Shown here one piece after another: positions 1 to 11,656 of a stretch of 64,000 nucleotides of DNA. Origin of the DNA: Flectonema sp. DT1601 (Eukaryota); assembly GCA_964019425.1 (NCBI GenBank), contig OZ025782.1:1240001-1304000 (forward strand), in the 5' to 3' direction. Both the position numbers and the translations under genes were made by a program. Under the pieces are notes generated by a model. The model was given only the letters and a program-made list of their open reading frames with translations. It did no database searches and was not told the DNA's origin. Each line of letters begins with the position of its first letter. The first letter of the stretch is position 1.

Positions 1-1127
1 TCCATGAGAGGTTCAGAATGGGTTTCAAGTAACCCTCTTATGAATTCCATCGCCTTCGTGAGGTCAGGATCTGATATAACGTAAGCTGTTGTAGATAACG
101 ATGGAGGGTTAGAATTGAAAATAGTATCCAGAAGTAGACCTAAGGAATCACTAAGTGGTGAACCTGACTTAGTCCAATTAGTGCTACACGACACAGCAAC
201 GTCTGGAAAGTTTGTTAGCTGTTTTAAAACAGCACAAAGCCCATCCATTTGCTCTCCAAAACCATTACTTCCTCCGATCATAATCCAATTATCTAGAACT
301 CCCCACTCATTAGGATTCTTTAAAGCAGGTAGAAACCAACAGTTAAACAACAAATGTTTTATCATAACGTTATTTGTTATTTCCTTTGCTAGCGGGTTGT
401 TGTATTCTTTAGTTCCTTTCACAGTGATCAAACGAATATCGAAGGCTGGATCTTCTAAAAAACGAAGAACTCGATCATTGTGAAGCCTTTGCGTGAGAGA
501 CAATACAAACCAAACAATGGAAGGAAGTTCCGATAGGATTATCCTCATCCTGTTTATGAATGATATTGCTCCAGACAGGATTCCCTCATCGGTTACAGCA
601 TGGTGTTCAGCGTGAAGATCTGTGCGTGTGATGATTTGTGATATATCTCTTCTGGTTGTTACGACTGTTTTAATATTTCTAACACTTGCACCTAATACTT
701 CCTGAAGATAGTCTTGTCCTTGCAAGACGCAGAGCTGTGTAAATAACAAAGTCACTACAGAGCTGTCAGGTATTCGTAAGACTTGCATTGTTGTGATTGG
801 AGTCTTCATCTCCTCTCCTAACAACACTGATATTAAATTATTATTATCATCTCTGTTGTTTCTACCGTTTACCTGTACAAGTGCTAGTAGTAGTTTTGAT
901 CTGTCAGTCACTGACGTACAGCAATTCAACAATTTTGATAAATGAATATAACCATATAAAGGATCCTCAATCCATCTCATAAGTGGTACGTAGTCACAGG
1001 CTTTCCTCACTACATATGTATCTCTCCAACTGTTCATTGGATATGTGCATCGTTGCCATCGTTTCATGTATAAATTTCTCCATTGAAAATCATTCCCCAG
1101 GGTGGTTTGAAAACGTACTTCTGACAT
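1..1127 (-). CDS. hypothetical protein, 3'-partial (runs off window start)
   Basis: Manual translation from ATG at 1127 (MSEVRFQTTLGNDFQWRNLYMKRWQRCTYPMNSWRDTY...) is open. It is absent from the ORF track, consistent with no stop inside the window. Same strand as all neighbours. The N-terminal W-x-x-L-Y-x-x-R-W...SW-x-x-x-Y pattern loosely recalls the segment after F-box motifs (weak). Confidence 0.7.
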   Translation of the reverse strand, partial: MSEVRFQTTLGNDFQWRNLYMKRWQRCTYPMNSWRDTYVVRKACDYVPLMRWIEDPLYGYIHLSKLLNCCTSVTDRSKLLLALVQVNGRNNRDDNNNLISVLLGEEMKTPITTMQVLRIPDSSVVTLLFTQLCVLQGQDYLQEVLGASVRNIKTVVTTRRDISQIITRTDLHAEHHAVTDEGILSGAISFINRMRIILSELPSIVWFVLSLTQRLHNDRVLRFLEDPAFDIRLITVKGTKEYNNPLAKEITNNVMIKHLLFNCWFLPALKNPNEWGVLDNWIMIGGSNGFGEQMDGLCAVLKQLTNFPDVAVSCSTNWTKSGSPLSDSLGLLLDTIFNSNPPSLSTTAYVISDPDLTKAMEFIRGLLETHSEPLM

Positions 1128-2049
1128 TTACATTTACATTTTTTTTTTTTTTTTTTTTTAAAGATAAGTTTTTATCTATTGATCCAAAGAATAGTTTTAG
1201 TACAAAATGATATTATAAAAATGATTACCACGGAATCTGCTTGGTGATGACTACTAGAACGTTTTTTTTTTTTTTTTTTTTTTCTTCTTCCCCTATTTTT
1301 TTTTTTTTCCATTCTGTGTCAAGCTCACACCTTTAATCGGTGCCTTCAAGACTCAAATAATTACTATCGCAAGCAGATTGCCACCTAGAATCGCAACGTT
1401 AAAAAGTTTTTCAACACAAAAAGAAAACTTTCCCATCTGGGAAAACACTCGCTGAGCACAATATGTAACAAATACCTGATAGAGAAACATGTCAAAAAAA
1501 AACATTTATTTTATTTTTTTTTTTTTTTTTTGAAAGAAGAAAATGAAAAAAAAAAAAAACCATTTCCCGCAAATGTTTTGTTTGTGCACGAAACCGTGAA
1601 CCGACTTAAACTGATAAAGCTAAAGGAGGTTTACGTGTGCTGCCAACATTCTTTTTCGTTCTTACAATACTTGTTAAATGCAAAAAAAAAAGAAGTCTCT
1701 TTGCGCACTATTAAAAAACAACAACAAAAATGCTACCTTGACTTTAACTTTGCGGAACTCGGTGGTTGAAAAACACTACCGAGTATTGCTTGTAGTAAAC
1801 ACGACCTGTGCGCGAGCGGAGATTTTTGTTGCTATCACAGTATAACACCTCACTTGCAATGCAAACAACAAAAAAATATAAAATAAAAAAAAACAACAGG
1901 CTACAATAATCACGAAGGTAGAGGTCAAAACCACGACCCGCGTAGCAAATAAGTTTTTTTTTTTTCTTATCTTAATAAAGTTGGTTTGATTACCCTTTCT
2001 AACCTCCGTGTTCGTAGCCTGAAAGGCAATTGGGGGGGGGGGGGGGGGG

Positions 2050-4026
2050 TAGGGGGGGGTACAAGCATCGATTTTACGGAGATTTTGGGCACTTTCGGTT
2101 TTTTTCCGGAGAACAAGTTTTTTGGGCACCCAAATTATGAAAACTGCAACATATACCCCAAAAATGGGGATTGCGATCCAAAGAAACAGTTCTTCAGCAC
2201 TTTAGAGCAAGTCTTTGAAAAATCTCAAAAAGTGTGGACCGTGTGGTACCTGAGGGGGGTGAAAACAAGGGGTGTGTTAGGAGGGCTCTCAAAAATCATA
2301 AGTAATTCCGTGCATTGAGCAATCCATAACCAGGGTTTCCCTCTGAGTTGAGTGGGGAATGAAATGGGAACCCAATTTTTATTTTTATCGGCCTGATTTG
2401 AACCTTAATAATATGCTCCACCAGACCGGGCTTGTTAATTCCCCCATCTTCGATGCTTAGGCTACTGGCCTTCTCTTGAACATCCCATGTGCTCAGCTTT
2501 TGAAATTCGGCTCGAAGCTGTGCTTCTTTCTGTACAAGATAGACAGAGGACCAATCCTTGGATGCGGATGGCAGATTAGCATTAGGCCTTGCTGTCTAGA
2601 GGTCTTCCCTGTGAGGACGGAGTGGTACTTTCAGCCCCTGTAGCGCTTCCTGTTGTGCTTGTTCTTGCCAATCTGAAGAGGGTTGGTGGTCCTGCGTTGA
2701 TGTGGTAGCCTTTGGAAGTCCGTGTGCCTCTGGAATATGTTGTACGTTATCAGTAGGGCAGCCCTCACTCCAATGGTTCCATCAGTTGACTAAGAACTAT
2801 CAACAACACTGAATAACCTCCCCATCCCTTGAGGGGTGCAGGATGACAACGAACACAACGGTTGTTAGCTTCAGCCCACGAGCATGACGGGCACTAGAGG
2901 AAGTATCATGTTGCAGCGATGTGATGGAGGGTGAGGAGGAAGCTGCTGCTTCAAGAAGTCAGGTCACTGACAGATCACCTGTGAATTCATCAACAAGTCG
3001 GACTGTCCTTCGAGATATAGTCGGGGACTTCGACCCGCTTCCCTTCTGTCTGTGCACCGGCGACGTCAACTGTGTCACTCACTCAGGGCTTTGTTGGATG
3101 TCTCTGCGCCGATCCCTTCTTGCCGCAATATCTGCAGTGTAGTTACGACTCCAAGACTTTAGGAGTAAATCCCCCTCGCTTGGGTACAGTTGCAAGCGGA
3201 TGTCTCTTCCGTACTTCTTCGAATGCTGCATGTACTAGAGTGTCTTGTATGCCCCGCTGGTGAGTATGGTTGGGTCTTCTGAAGTGATGCCTCGAACGGC
3301 TTTTTGGATGGGGCATGTTGCCCTATGTCGCTGCTGCTTATCTATGGCACTACTATTTGAGGCACTACCACTACAGCTGTCTTCAGGCTTATCCCTGTTT
3401 GGGGTACAGACGTGGCGCTTTCTCTATTCTCTGAGCCTTCTGTGATCGCGATTCAGATACTGGACGTTTCTTGACCCCTTTCTCACGCGTATCTTACTTC
3501 TGACTGTCCAAGTGCTGTTGAGTGACTTCGGGGATGTCTCGGGAGGTGTTTTCATGCACTCTGGGATCAATGCTCTCCTCCGCAGAATGACTTTGTGAGC
3601 TGCCCTGCAGAACGTTGTTTTCCGCTGCGATATCCTGCCCGTGAGCCTCGTGGCCTCAAGCATGGCCGAGCGAGAGCGCTGTTCTTTTTCGTGGCGTGTT
3701 CTTGAGGCGGAAACTGATACGGAAACGGTATATTAGCAAACTGCGCATACAGGGGCACACCAAGACTCACCTCTTCTCATTGTAAAAAAAGATTATTTGA
3801 AGGTGCATTTCACAGGCCTCAAAATTGGACCCCCAGGTACCACACGGTCCACACTTTTTGAGATTTTTCATTCCTTTGCCGAAATCAGCCAAATCGAGGT
3901 TTTTTCGGCCCCGAAATCACATTTTTGGGGGTTCTGATGGGGTCCTGGGTATTTTTTGCCCCCGGGAAGGTTATATTTACCAAAATTCGGAAAAAGTACT
4001 TTATCGACAGCTTGTACCCCCCCCTA
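2050..4026. mobile_element. non-autonomous/decayed DNA transposon with bipartite terminal inverted repeats
   Basis: Perfect outer IR TAGGGGGGGGTACAAGC (2050-2066) / GCTTGTACCCCCCCCTA (4010-4026). Perfect 37-bp inner IR at 2216-2252 / 3834-3870. Flanked by G18 and G15 runs. The interior is more GC-rich and holds broken minus-strand coding fragments. Confidence 0.85.
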
Positions 4027-4128
4027 GGGGGGGGGGGGGGGTTAACTGTTTGAGCGTATTTATAATGATATAAATTTATGTATTATATCAAAGTTGACAA
4101 ATTGGGGGTTAAAATAAAGGTCATGGGA

Positions 4129-5577
4129 CTAATTGTATTTCGAAAGGAACTCTTTCTGAAAATTTTCCATCCGAGAGACAACCTTGTCAAGGAGATCTTC
4201 AGGTGGGAGAATAGTAGTTCTGAAATGATGTGTTCCATCTGCCTGTCCGAATCCAGAACCAGGAACAACAAGAATACCCGTCTTCTCTAGAAGTTGCAAA
4301 CACCAGAATGCATCTGGGACCATACCCTGTTCCTGAGCAGCTTCAATCGCTTTTTTAGGTAGTTCTAGTTTTGGAAAAGCATACATCGATCCAGTTACCG
4401 GCTGAGTAGAAATACCAGGAATGTTATTGAATCCGTCAGTTACGGTTTTCGCACGGCGACGAAGACTCTCTTTGAGTTCATTCACTTCCTTGTTGAAAAG
4501 ATCAAATGAGATATCTGTTTCCTTCGGAGGAGTCATCATAAGATCAACGAGGATTTGACCATTAACGTTTGGACAAAGACTAATAGATTGAAGCTTTAAT
4601 AGAAGGTCTTTAACTTCGGGATTCAGATGACAGACTTCCATGTATCCTCCTCTCTTTCCACATTCAGCAATAACACCTTTAGAAACAGAATGGAATGAAA
4701 CTAGTGGTAGTTTTGGGAAATTCTTAGCAACAACTTCCTTAAACGATACGAAGTTCAAGTCATCAACGTAGATGTTGTTTTGGTAAACCTCATCAGCGAG
4801 TACCATCAATGAGTTCTTCTCAGCGAATGCACACACTTCTATCATCTCTTCTCTAGTCATAACTTGACCAGTTGGATTGCCAGGGTTAATAACGACTATA
4901 GCTCTTGTTCTGATACCCTTTTCCTTGGCTTTATCAACTGAAGCCTGTAGCTGTTCAATGCTTGCCTTCCATTGGTTATTTTCGTCAAGGTAGTACGGAA
5001 CAGGTGCTCCATTCAAAGTAGTCAGAGTTGCACTATATAACGGATACTGTGGAAGAGGGATAAGAATACCATCTTGGCTGTTTGTTATTAAGCAGTTCAA
5101 CACTATTTTAATACCTGGTGATGCTCCGTCAGTGAGGAAAATGTCACTCGCCTCCGCAGGTACTCCGTCACGCTTTGCTAAAGCATCTGCTAAGTTTTGA
5201 CGTATCCATTCATAACCTTGAGAGTGAGTGTACGCACCTGTTTTATTGAAATGACCAACACCTTCAAGCATTAACCTAGCCCTCGCTATGACATCTACAG
5301 GGAACTCTCTGGTGATGTTTTCATTGTCCAGTAGCCAAGGACAGTTAATCAAAGCAGCTACTTGTCTGTAGTACGTTATTGGCTTTTGAAGAAGTGCCTG
5401 TGGATTTCCTATATTACAAGCAATGACTTCATCGAATGGAAAAGAATCTTTATCCTTTGACAATGCCTTTTCAATCTCTGATCCCCTTGCTACGATCTTT
5501 CCTCTAACAGCGTATTCAGCCGCAACCAGGTTTTTATTCATAGTTGACAGCCCATGGGTTTCATCCCAATTCGTCAT
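4129..5577 (-). CDS. GPT: alanine aminotransferase (PLP-dependent, class I)
   Basis: 482 aa with motifs EYAVRG, CNIGNPQ, GAYTHSQG, PQYPLYSA, INPGNPTGQV, ADEVYQ, SFHSVSKG (PLP lysine), VPGSGFGQ and HFRTTILP. Confidence 0.97.
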   Translation of the reverse strand: MTNWDETHGLSTMNKNLVAAEYAVRGKIVARGSEIEKALSKDKDSFPFDEVIACNIGNPQALLQKPITYYRQVAALINCPWLLDNENITREFPVDVIARARLMLEGVGHFNKTGAYTHSQGYEWIRQNLADALAKRDGVPAEASDIFLTDGASPGIKIVLNCLITNSQDGILIPLPQYPLYSATLTTLNGAPVPYYLDENNQWKASIEQLQASVDKAKEKGIRTRAIVVINPGNPTGQVMTREEMIEVCAFAEKNSLMVLADEVYQNNIYVDDLNFVSFKEVVAKNFPKLPLVSFHSVSKGVIAECGKRGGYMEVCHLNPEVKDLLLKLQSISLCPNVNGQILVDLMMTPPKETDISFDLFNKEVNELKESLRRRAKTVTDGFNNIPGISTQPVTGSMYAFPKLELPKKAIEAAQEQGMVPDAFWCLQLLEKTGILVVPGSGFGQADGTHHFRTTILPPEDLLDKVVSRMENFQKEFLSKYN

Positions 5578-5838
5578 TATATGTAACTTATAGTAACCTG
5601 ATTAATTAAAGATAAAATGATATTAAGATAAAAAAAGTAACAGATAAAAAAATAATTGCATTATTATTATTATTTAAATAGACGATCAACAAGGCAAGAA
5701 GGGAATAAATCGATCATTACTACAGATTCTAAACAGTAAGTATTTCCTCCCCCTTTCTTTAGTGGGACGGTATTTTCCTTATGTTTTTTTTTTTTTTTTT
5801 TTTTAAAAACTCAAAAAGGCGGAAGCTATATCATATAA

Positions 5839-6486
5839 TCACGTAAAAGCTGGTTTCTTTCCAACAGGCTTTGCTGAAGTCACTCTGTGTATGGTAGTGT
5901 ACGTTGGAACTTTTGCCTTTATATGTTTTGATGCGTCTGGTCCTCCATTTTCTTCCAATAATATCAAAACAGATTCTATTGACTCCCGATAAGTCTTACT
6001 AGAGAGATGTCTAGCAATACCTTGTAATAGACTTGGGAGGTATTTATTAAGATGAGGACCAACAGCTGATGATATAAGACCTATTGCTTTAACACCTTTT
6101 GAAAGGCATTCAGGTTCGTAAAGAACAGCTCTAATATGAGGTATTATTTTATCAATAAGAGGAACGACTGTTCGTTCTCCTATTCCCGGACGCACTAGTA
6201 TACTTTCGAATAGAGCAGGAGCAAGGAAAACACCTGGATGAGCTGTTTCTCGAAGTCCTTCAGCTGCTAACATCAGTAGTCGACCTTCTTCTACTTCTTC
6301 AGGTTTACAATCCCAAACTAGTCTCATCGTATTACCTGTATGACCGATGTGTACTGGGATACTTCCAGCTGAGTGTTCTTGTGAAAATGCGGTTTTACAT
6401 CTTGACTTCTTGCCTCCAAAAGGATCAGTAAATCCTCCAGTTGGATCCAATCGAGTTGACAACTTCTTCTTCGCAGTTGTATTCAT
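5839..6486 (-). CDS. PACRGL: parkin co-regulated gene (PACRG)-like protein
   Basis: 215 aa with GSIPVHIGH, AEGLRETAHP, VGPHLNKYL and LEENGGPDA...IKAKVPTY, matching PACRG-family motifs. Confidence 0.8.
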   Translation of the reverse strand: MNTTAKKKLSTRLDPTGGFTDPFGGKKSRCKTAFSQEHSAGSIPVHIGHTGNTMRLVWDCKPEEVEEGRLLMLAAEGLRETAHPGVFLAPALFESILVRPGIGERTVVPLIDKIIPHIRAVLYEPECLSKGVKAIGLISSAVGPHLNKYLPSLLQGIARHLSSKTYRESIESVLILLEENGGPDASKHIKAKVPTYTTIHRVTSAKPVGKKPAFT

Positions 6487-6817
6487 TTTTTATAGAAATC
6501 CTGTAATGGTAATTATTTAATTGAGTGATTAAGTTAACAATAAATATATCAATAGAAAGTAAACCGGTAGAATACCCGCAAGACTGTGAGAGGAAGATAA
6601 TGAGAGATGGTGAGGCGAATGGCTCTCCTTTATGTAACAAGCGGTAAATAAGGAATTGGTAAATGTGATATGTGAGATGAGAAGAAAGTAAAACACGCAA
6701 TAGCGTGTCGTCTCCCTCCAATATGGTAATGGACAGGTCGGAGAGGTCGCAGAGGGAAGGATTGGCAATTTCATAAAAAAGTTTAATTGTTTTTGAAATC
6801 AAAAAAAAAAAAAAAGA

Positions 6818-7708
6818 TTATTTCGATACTTCCAAAACAATAGTTTTCGAAATTTTCATTCTCATGTGTGATATTTCTGATTTGTCTCTCTTTCTTTTTG
6901 AGTCGCTAGACCTACTCGACACCGGTCGTGATGTCGGTCTGGAAGGTACCGAAACAGTAATACATGTTGACAGCGCACCGCGTAATTGAATTGTAGCTAC
7001 TCGGAGTTTTTGGGTATTCAATTTGAGAACTGACGAGGCTTCAGCCTCAACATCTACAGAACTTCTTCGACAGTCACATGATAATATCATCGCAGCTGAG
7101 AAATAACGAACATTCTCACGACTAAAATAGAATTCGAGGAGACTACGAACACCATTATGAGAAGAGCAGATCTTTAAGACACACCAAAAGGTTTTGGAAC
7201 ACTGATCTCTAATTGCCTGAGGCTTTGATTCATTGACACGGTGTAAGAAGTACTCAATCCAATCCCATATAGGAAATGTTACATCAAACTTAAAGTTAAG
7301 TTTATTTAATGTGTAGCATTCTGTTGCAGCGAAGTCATGAGCTGTGAGTTGTGTTACTTGCAGATGTTCAGCAGTGGAAATCATTTCAAACTTCCCTAGA
7401 AGCTGACTCAGAGAGGTAAGTACTTGTCTCGTTGTCACGTCTCGCTCCCATAATTTACCAGATATCAGAAGACAAGATAAGCCAATCTCAATTGCTTGAG
7501 TTCGAGACATTGCCTTGCTGTTATTACACATCCGTACGAATAACACAAATGATGAAAACAGTGTTGACTGTCCTAGTCGAAGTAACTTACAGCAGACGAC
7601 TACAATTTTCAAGGCTGTGAGGTGTTCAGCAACAGCTTCAATGAACTTACTTGCATCACCGTCAGTTCTTGAAAAGAATAATTCTGTTCTTTCTAACAAG
7701 TGTTTCAT
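6818..7708 (-). CDS. cyclin-like protein (divergent cyclin box)
   Basis: From ATG 7708 (MKHLLERTE), 296 aa. SCLLISGKLWE and TECYTLNKLNFKFDV resemble cyclin-box helices (ACLxLAxKxEE, ExxxLxxLxF). Confidence 0.7.
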   Translation of the reverse strand: MKHLLERTELFFSRTDGDASKFIEAVAEHLTALKIVVVCCKLLRLGQSTLFSSFVLFVRMCNNSKAMSRTQAIEIGLSCLLISGKLWERDVTTRQVLTSLSQLLGKFEMISTAEHLQVTQLTAHDFAATECYTLNKLNFKFDVTFPIWDWIEYFLHRVNESKPQAIRDQCSKTFWCVLKICSSHNGVRSLLEFYFSRENVRYFSAAMILSCDCRRSSVDVEAEASSVLKLNTQKLRVATIQLRGALSTCITVSVPSRPTSRPVSSRSSDSKRKRDKSEISHMRMKISKTIVLEVSK

Positions 7709-7939
7709 TATTGTTATATACCTGTGTGGGGTGGGTGACTCGATAACTAAAGCAATATGAAACTGGCTAAAACGAATATAGGATTCGGGGTAGGAGGACA
7801 AAGCAATTTTGTTCAAAATATCGATAAGTTCTCAGCGTGTGAATACATGTTTTCTATTGTGTAAAAATAACAGAATGGATACTTAAAAAACTAAACAACA
7901 CAACACTATCTCACGCAAGACAAAAACTTCCAAAAAAAA

Positions 7940-7960
7940 ACACACACACACACACACACA
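7940..7960. repeat. (CA)n microsatellite
   Basis: acacacacacacacacacaca directly visible. Confidence 0.9.
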
Positions 7961-8277
7961 TGATGTGTCGTCAAGAAAACCGGAGTAGCCGGCAACTTTA
8001 ACACAACTTATGCTAGCAACCAGACACGCTTATAACTCACGCAACGGAGAACAACGATTCTCCTTTATTAGCAACCTTGAGGCATAATAAAAGAACGAAA
8101 TACACAATACAAATTGATTAATATTTTTTTTGTTTCATGCCTTTTTTTTTTTTTCATCACACGGCGAAGACACATGCTTTGGAACAAAGCATCGAGTGAT
8201 ATACAATAAATAGAAACAAACAGCAACATAAAAAAATAATTGCGTAGATTTTTATGTTATTAAAAAAAATGCTTTAA

Positions 8278-9995
8278 CCCTTTAAGCCCTGAAGGCCACT
8301 ATAGTGGCCTTTCGCGTTTTTTTTTTTTTGACAAAGGGGAAAAATGTACCTTGTGAGTACAAGGGTGGAGCCAGAGCTGCCCAAAAACGACAAATTTTAT
8401 GTGGGATCGTGCTGCAAAAATCACCAGCTTTTTCTGAGAAAAAGTTCATTTTTTTTTTTCTGCACTGGGAACAGTCTTAGCCAGGTTGCCCATGACTATC
8501 CCATGTTTTCAGCCAAAAATTAAAATCCCTAAAACTATTTCCATCGAAAATGATTCAGTAGGGTCACCTATCCCAGATTCGGGTGCTCCTGAGTCTTCTT
8601 CGAGCGATGAAAAGAGTACAATAGAGCCAAGCATTTCCCCTCTGAAATGGAGCAAGAAAATCACCAAGGTAAGACGACACACGTTTCGGCGGTCCTTGCA
8701 GGACATGTCAGACCTGAAATTGATGAAGGAACTGCAGAAATTTGAACTTGTGTTCACCCCAAAGGTGATGAGATGATTTCGCACTGCAGCAACAACTAGG
8801 CACTCAATCTTAACGTAGCTGAACTCAAACTCTCTTTAGGACTCAATATCCTCGTGGGTCTCTGTGATAAACCAAATATCTCAGATTACAGGAACGGTAC
8901 ATCAGACCCAGCGTACACACCCCACTTCGCTTCCTGAGATCGGTTCCTCTAAATTCGAACCAATCTAAAGTTTTACACTGTCACCAACCCCGTACCTACT
9001 GACAAGCTCTACAAAATCCGCAGCTTTTGGGAAACAATAGTTCCCAAATGGTCCGAGATCAATAAGGCGGAGGCGCAGGGACGGGTGGAGAAGTTCTCTG
9101 CCTCGTACTTTCAGTCCTAGCACAATGTGCATCACATAAATTCAGGGACAATCCAAAAGAAGTACATGTCTTCAGCACATTGCCTCTCGAGGAGAATTAT
9201 GAGACAGCCACGTGATGGACTAAAATAAGGAAATCTATCAAAAAGTGACTATCGACTTACCGGTACAGATCCATCAGTACAACAAGCTAATGGGTGGTGT
9301 TGACCTCGTAGACGGTATCAGGGGGAAGGCAAGAAGAACTCTGATGACAAAACGCTGGACCCTGAAAGTCTTTCACTACTTGTTAGAGATTTCTATCTTC
9401 AATGTTTTCACCCTCCAAAAGAAGTCTGAAAAAAGACGTCGGGACATATGCTCAGTTCAAAAAGAGGCTATGTTCTCAACTTATTGATCACGGAACACAC
9501 CAAACTCACACAAAATGTCACTACCTACGAAAATTCGGTATTTTTGGGGACTGCAGTTCACGGATTTGTTCTCAAAAAAAGTAAGGTCATCGATTTCTTG
9601 TTCAAAAAGCGAGGTTTTCTTATGCATGGATCCCTGCTTCGAACAATATCACGAAAATATTGACAAGTATTCAGCCCCTGTTTGCAACAACCATACCTTT
9701 GCTACACACAATCATATCCCACCGAAAAACATGAAACGGAAGCACTCTACTCCTACAACATTGCTAAAATCAAAGCGAACCCAGGGGTCCTAAGTAACAG
9801 TGTTTTTTTAGGCTGTTGTTGCATTTTCTCAAGTTATTTTGGCCCCCTTGCGGGCTGACCTCAGTTTTTTTTCAATGCGCGGGGGGGTGTCTTTCACCCT
9901 GTAATTTTTTTGTATTTTTCCCCACACCCCTTTTCCCCTTTGTCAAATTTTTCGATTTTTCTCAAAAACAGGGTTTTTGGCCTCTTATTAGAGGG
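8278..9995 (+). mobile_element. degenerate piggyBac DNA transposon (1718 bp)
   Basis: TTAA on both sides (8274-8277, 9996-9999). CCCT...AGGG termini with imperfect TIRs (CCCTTTAAG vs CCCTCTAAT). Transposase remnants inside. Confidence 0.92.
8486..9663 (+). pseudogene. piggyBac transposase pseudogene (stops, frameshifts, probable internal deletion)
   Basis: Fragments ELKLSLGLNILVG (8821), DKLYKIR (9001), YNKLMGGVDLVD...KRWTLKVFHYLLE (9278 on) and a C-terminal Cys-rich CSK..VFLC..PCFEQYH, spread over several frames. Confidence 0.9.
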
Positions 9996-10325
9996 TTAAA
10001 AAAAAAAAAAAAATAACATACATACACAATACAAAGGAGTATCGAGGAAGTAGTAGTAAAAAGACCAATAAAAAAAAAAAACAAAGGGAGACAGCGAAAT
10101 GGTTAATTGATTTTATTCATTTTTTTTTTTTTTTTTTTTGAGAAATGGGTGTTCGGACATACTGAGACAAGGCCTTCCAATAGGAGGTTACCACGCATAA
10201 TATATGACAAATAAAAACAAAAGGGAACACAAGATCTTCTTATTAAGGAAGTACAATACAAAGCATTCCCAGAAAACATCAATGCCGTTAGAAAAGTATA
10301 ATACAGGCGGCATAACGTCAAGTGA

Positions 10326-11369
10326 TCAATCTACGACTTTACCGGCAGCTTTAAGTTTGTCGTATTCTTTGCCGAATTCTTCCAACTTTGCTGTTCGCAA
10401 AGGTATCTTATGCATCTCTGTCATAACGTGGGCAGCGTCTTTGTTGTTTTGCAAGTTCTTTAAGTGAGGTAGAATACCTTCCATTCCCATTCCTAGTAAA
10501 GTGTTTTGCTCCATTTGAAGAAGGCAAACAGCAACACGATACATAACTTTCCAACCTTCAGTCATAAAGACGTCAAGAATCCTCATAAGCAAATGAGGAT
10601 GATTCGGAAACTGATAAATATAAAGTGTGAGAAACCATTGAGTTGCTATGTGAGTCCAGATTACTCCTTCTTTCTCAAAGTGGGCATCTAATTTTGGTAG
10701 AAATTGTTTAATAAGTTTTGACAACACAAACTTCATCCTCTGTAGACCAGGAAACCCAGGCAGGTAAAGCTGTTCCATGTGATACCTTGGGTGGTACATT
10801 AACTGTACAAAACTCCAAAATACCACTTCCTCATCCATCTGAGTTATCAGCATGATACTAACGATAAAACCCATTCCTTGAACGTAGTCGAGGTTACTGT
10901 CATAAGCTGCAAAAGCATTTAACACACGTCTGAGGATATCTTGTCCACCTGTTTGGTTATCTCTAAAAAATGTGTGATTTGGTAGCGTTCTATGCAAATC
11001 TCTTTCGATAATATCTCTCGCAGTTTCACTGCATCCAACCTTTAGCAGTCTCTGGTACTTACCAGGATTGTCATTCTTTTCTTTTATAGCACCCGTGAGC
11101 AGTGGCCAAGCCATCGTTCTCATTGTCTTGGGAATCCCCTTCCTGCTTCTCTCTTTCACCTTTTTCGGTGTTACTCCAGTTTTTTCCCATTCTTTTATCA
11201 TCACTGCCCATTTCTTTGCTCTTGACGCTTCGACTTCGGGGTTTATTTCACCAGTTTTCTTATCCATATAGAATCCAAAATCATCAATAAATTCACCTTC
11301 TTCTGCCATAGTTTGACTCAGAGATGCTGTTCTGTGATAAAAAGTGACATTACTTCTTAAGGCAAACAT
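10326..11369 (-). CDS. TBC-domain Rab GTPase-activating protein
   Basis: RKGIP..MR..AW, IERDLHRT (arginine finger), YVQGMGF (glutamine finger), QWFLTLY and RILDVFMTEG. Start is ATG 11369 or 11309. Confidence 0.95.
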   Translation of the reverse strand: MFALRSNVTFYHRTASLSQTMAEEGEFIDDFGFYMDKKTGEINPEVEASRAKKWAVMIKEWEKTGVTPKKVKERSRKGIPKTMRTMAWPLLTGAIKEKNDNPGKYQRLLKVGCSETARDIIERDLHRTLPNHTFFRDNQTGGQDILRRVLNAFAAYDSNLDYVQGMGFIVSIMLITQMDEEVVFWSFVQLMYHPRYHMEQLYLPGFPGLQRMKFVLSKLIKQFLPKLDAHFEKEGVIWTHIATQWFLTLYIYQFPNHPHLLMRILDVFMTEGWKVMYRVAVCLLQMEQNTLLGMGMEGILPHLKNLQNNKDAAHVMTEMHKIPLRTAKLEEFGKEYDKLKAAGKVVD

Positions 11370-11656
11370 TCTCAAAGAGAGAGACACACTACTCAGATTC
11401 GCGAAATAGAGGAAAATAATAAATGTAAATAAAGTGTTTTTAACTTTTTCCTGTAAAGGAATGAATCGCAAACTACAAGTTTACCCTAAGTATACTCCTT
11501 AATTGGATGCCGTTGGAAAACGACCAAGTTTATGACAGAAGATGTTGAACATCAATTCCTTGTCACATGAGTATAGTAAAACAAACAACGGATTAAAAAT
11601 CACAGTTTATGGAACCAGAAGTTCCCACACTCCACGCATAAAGTTGGTTAGTTTGT

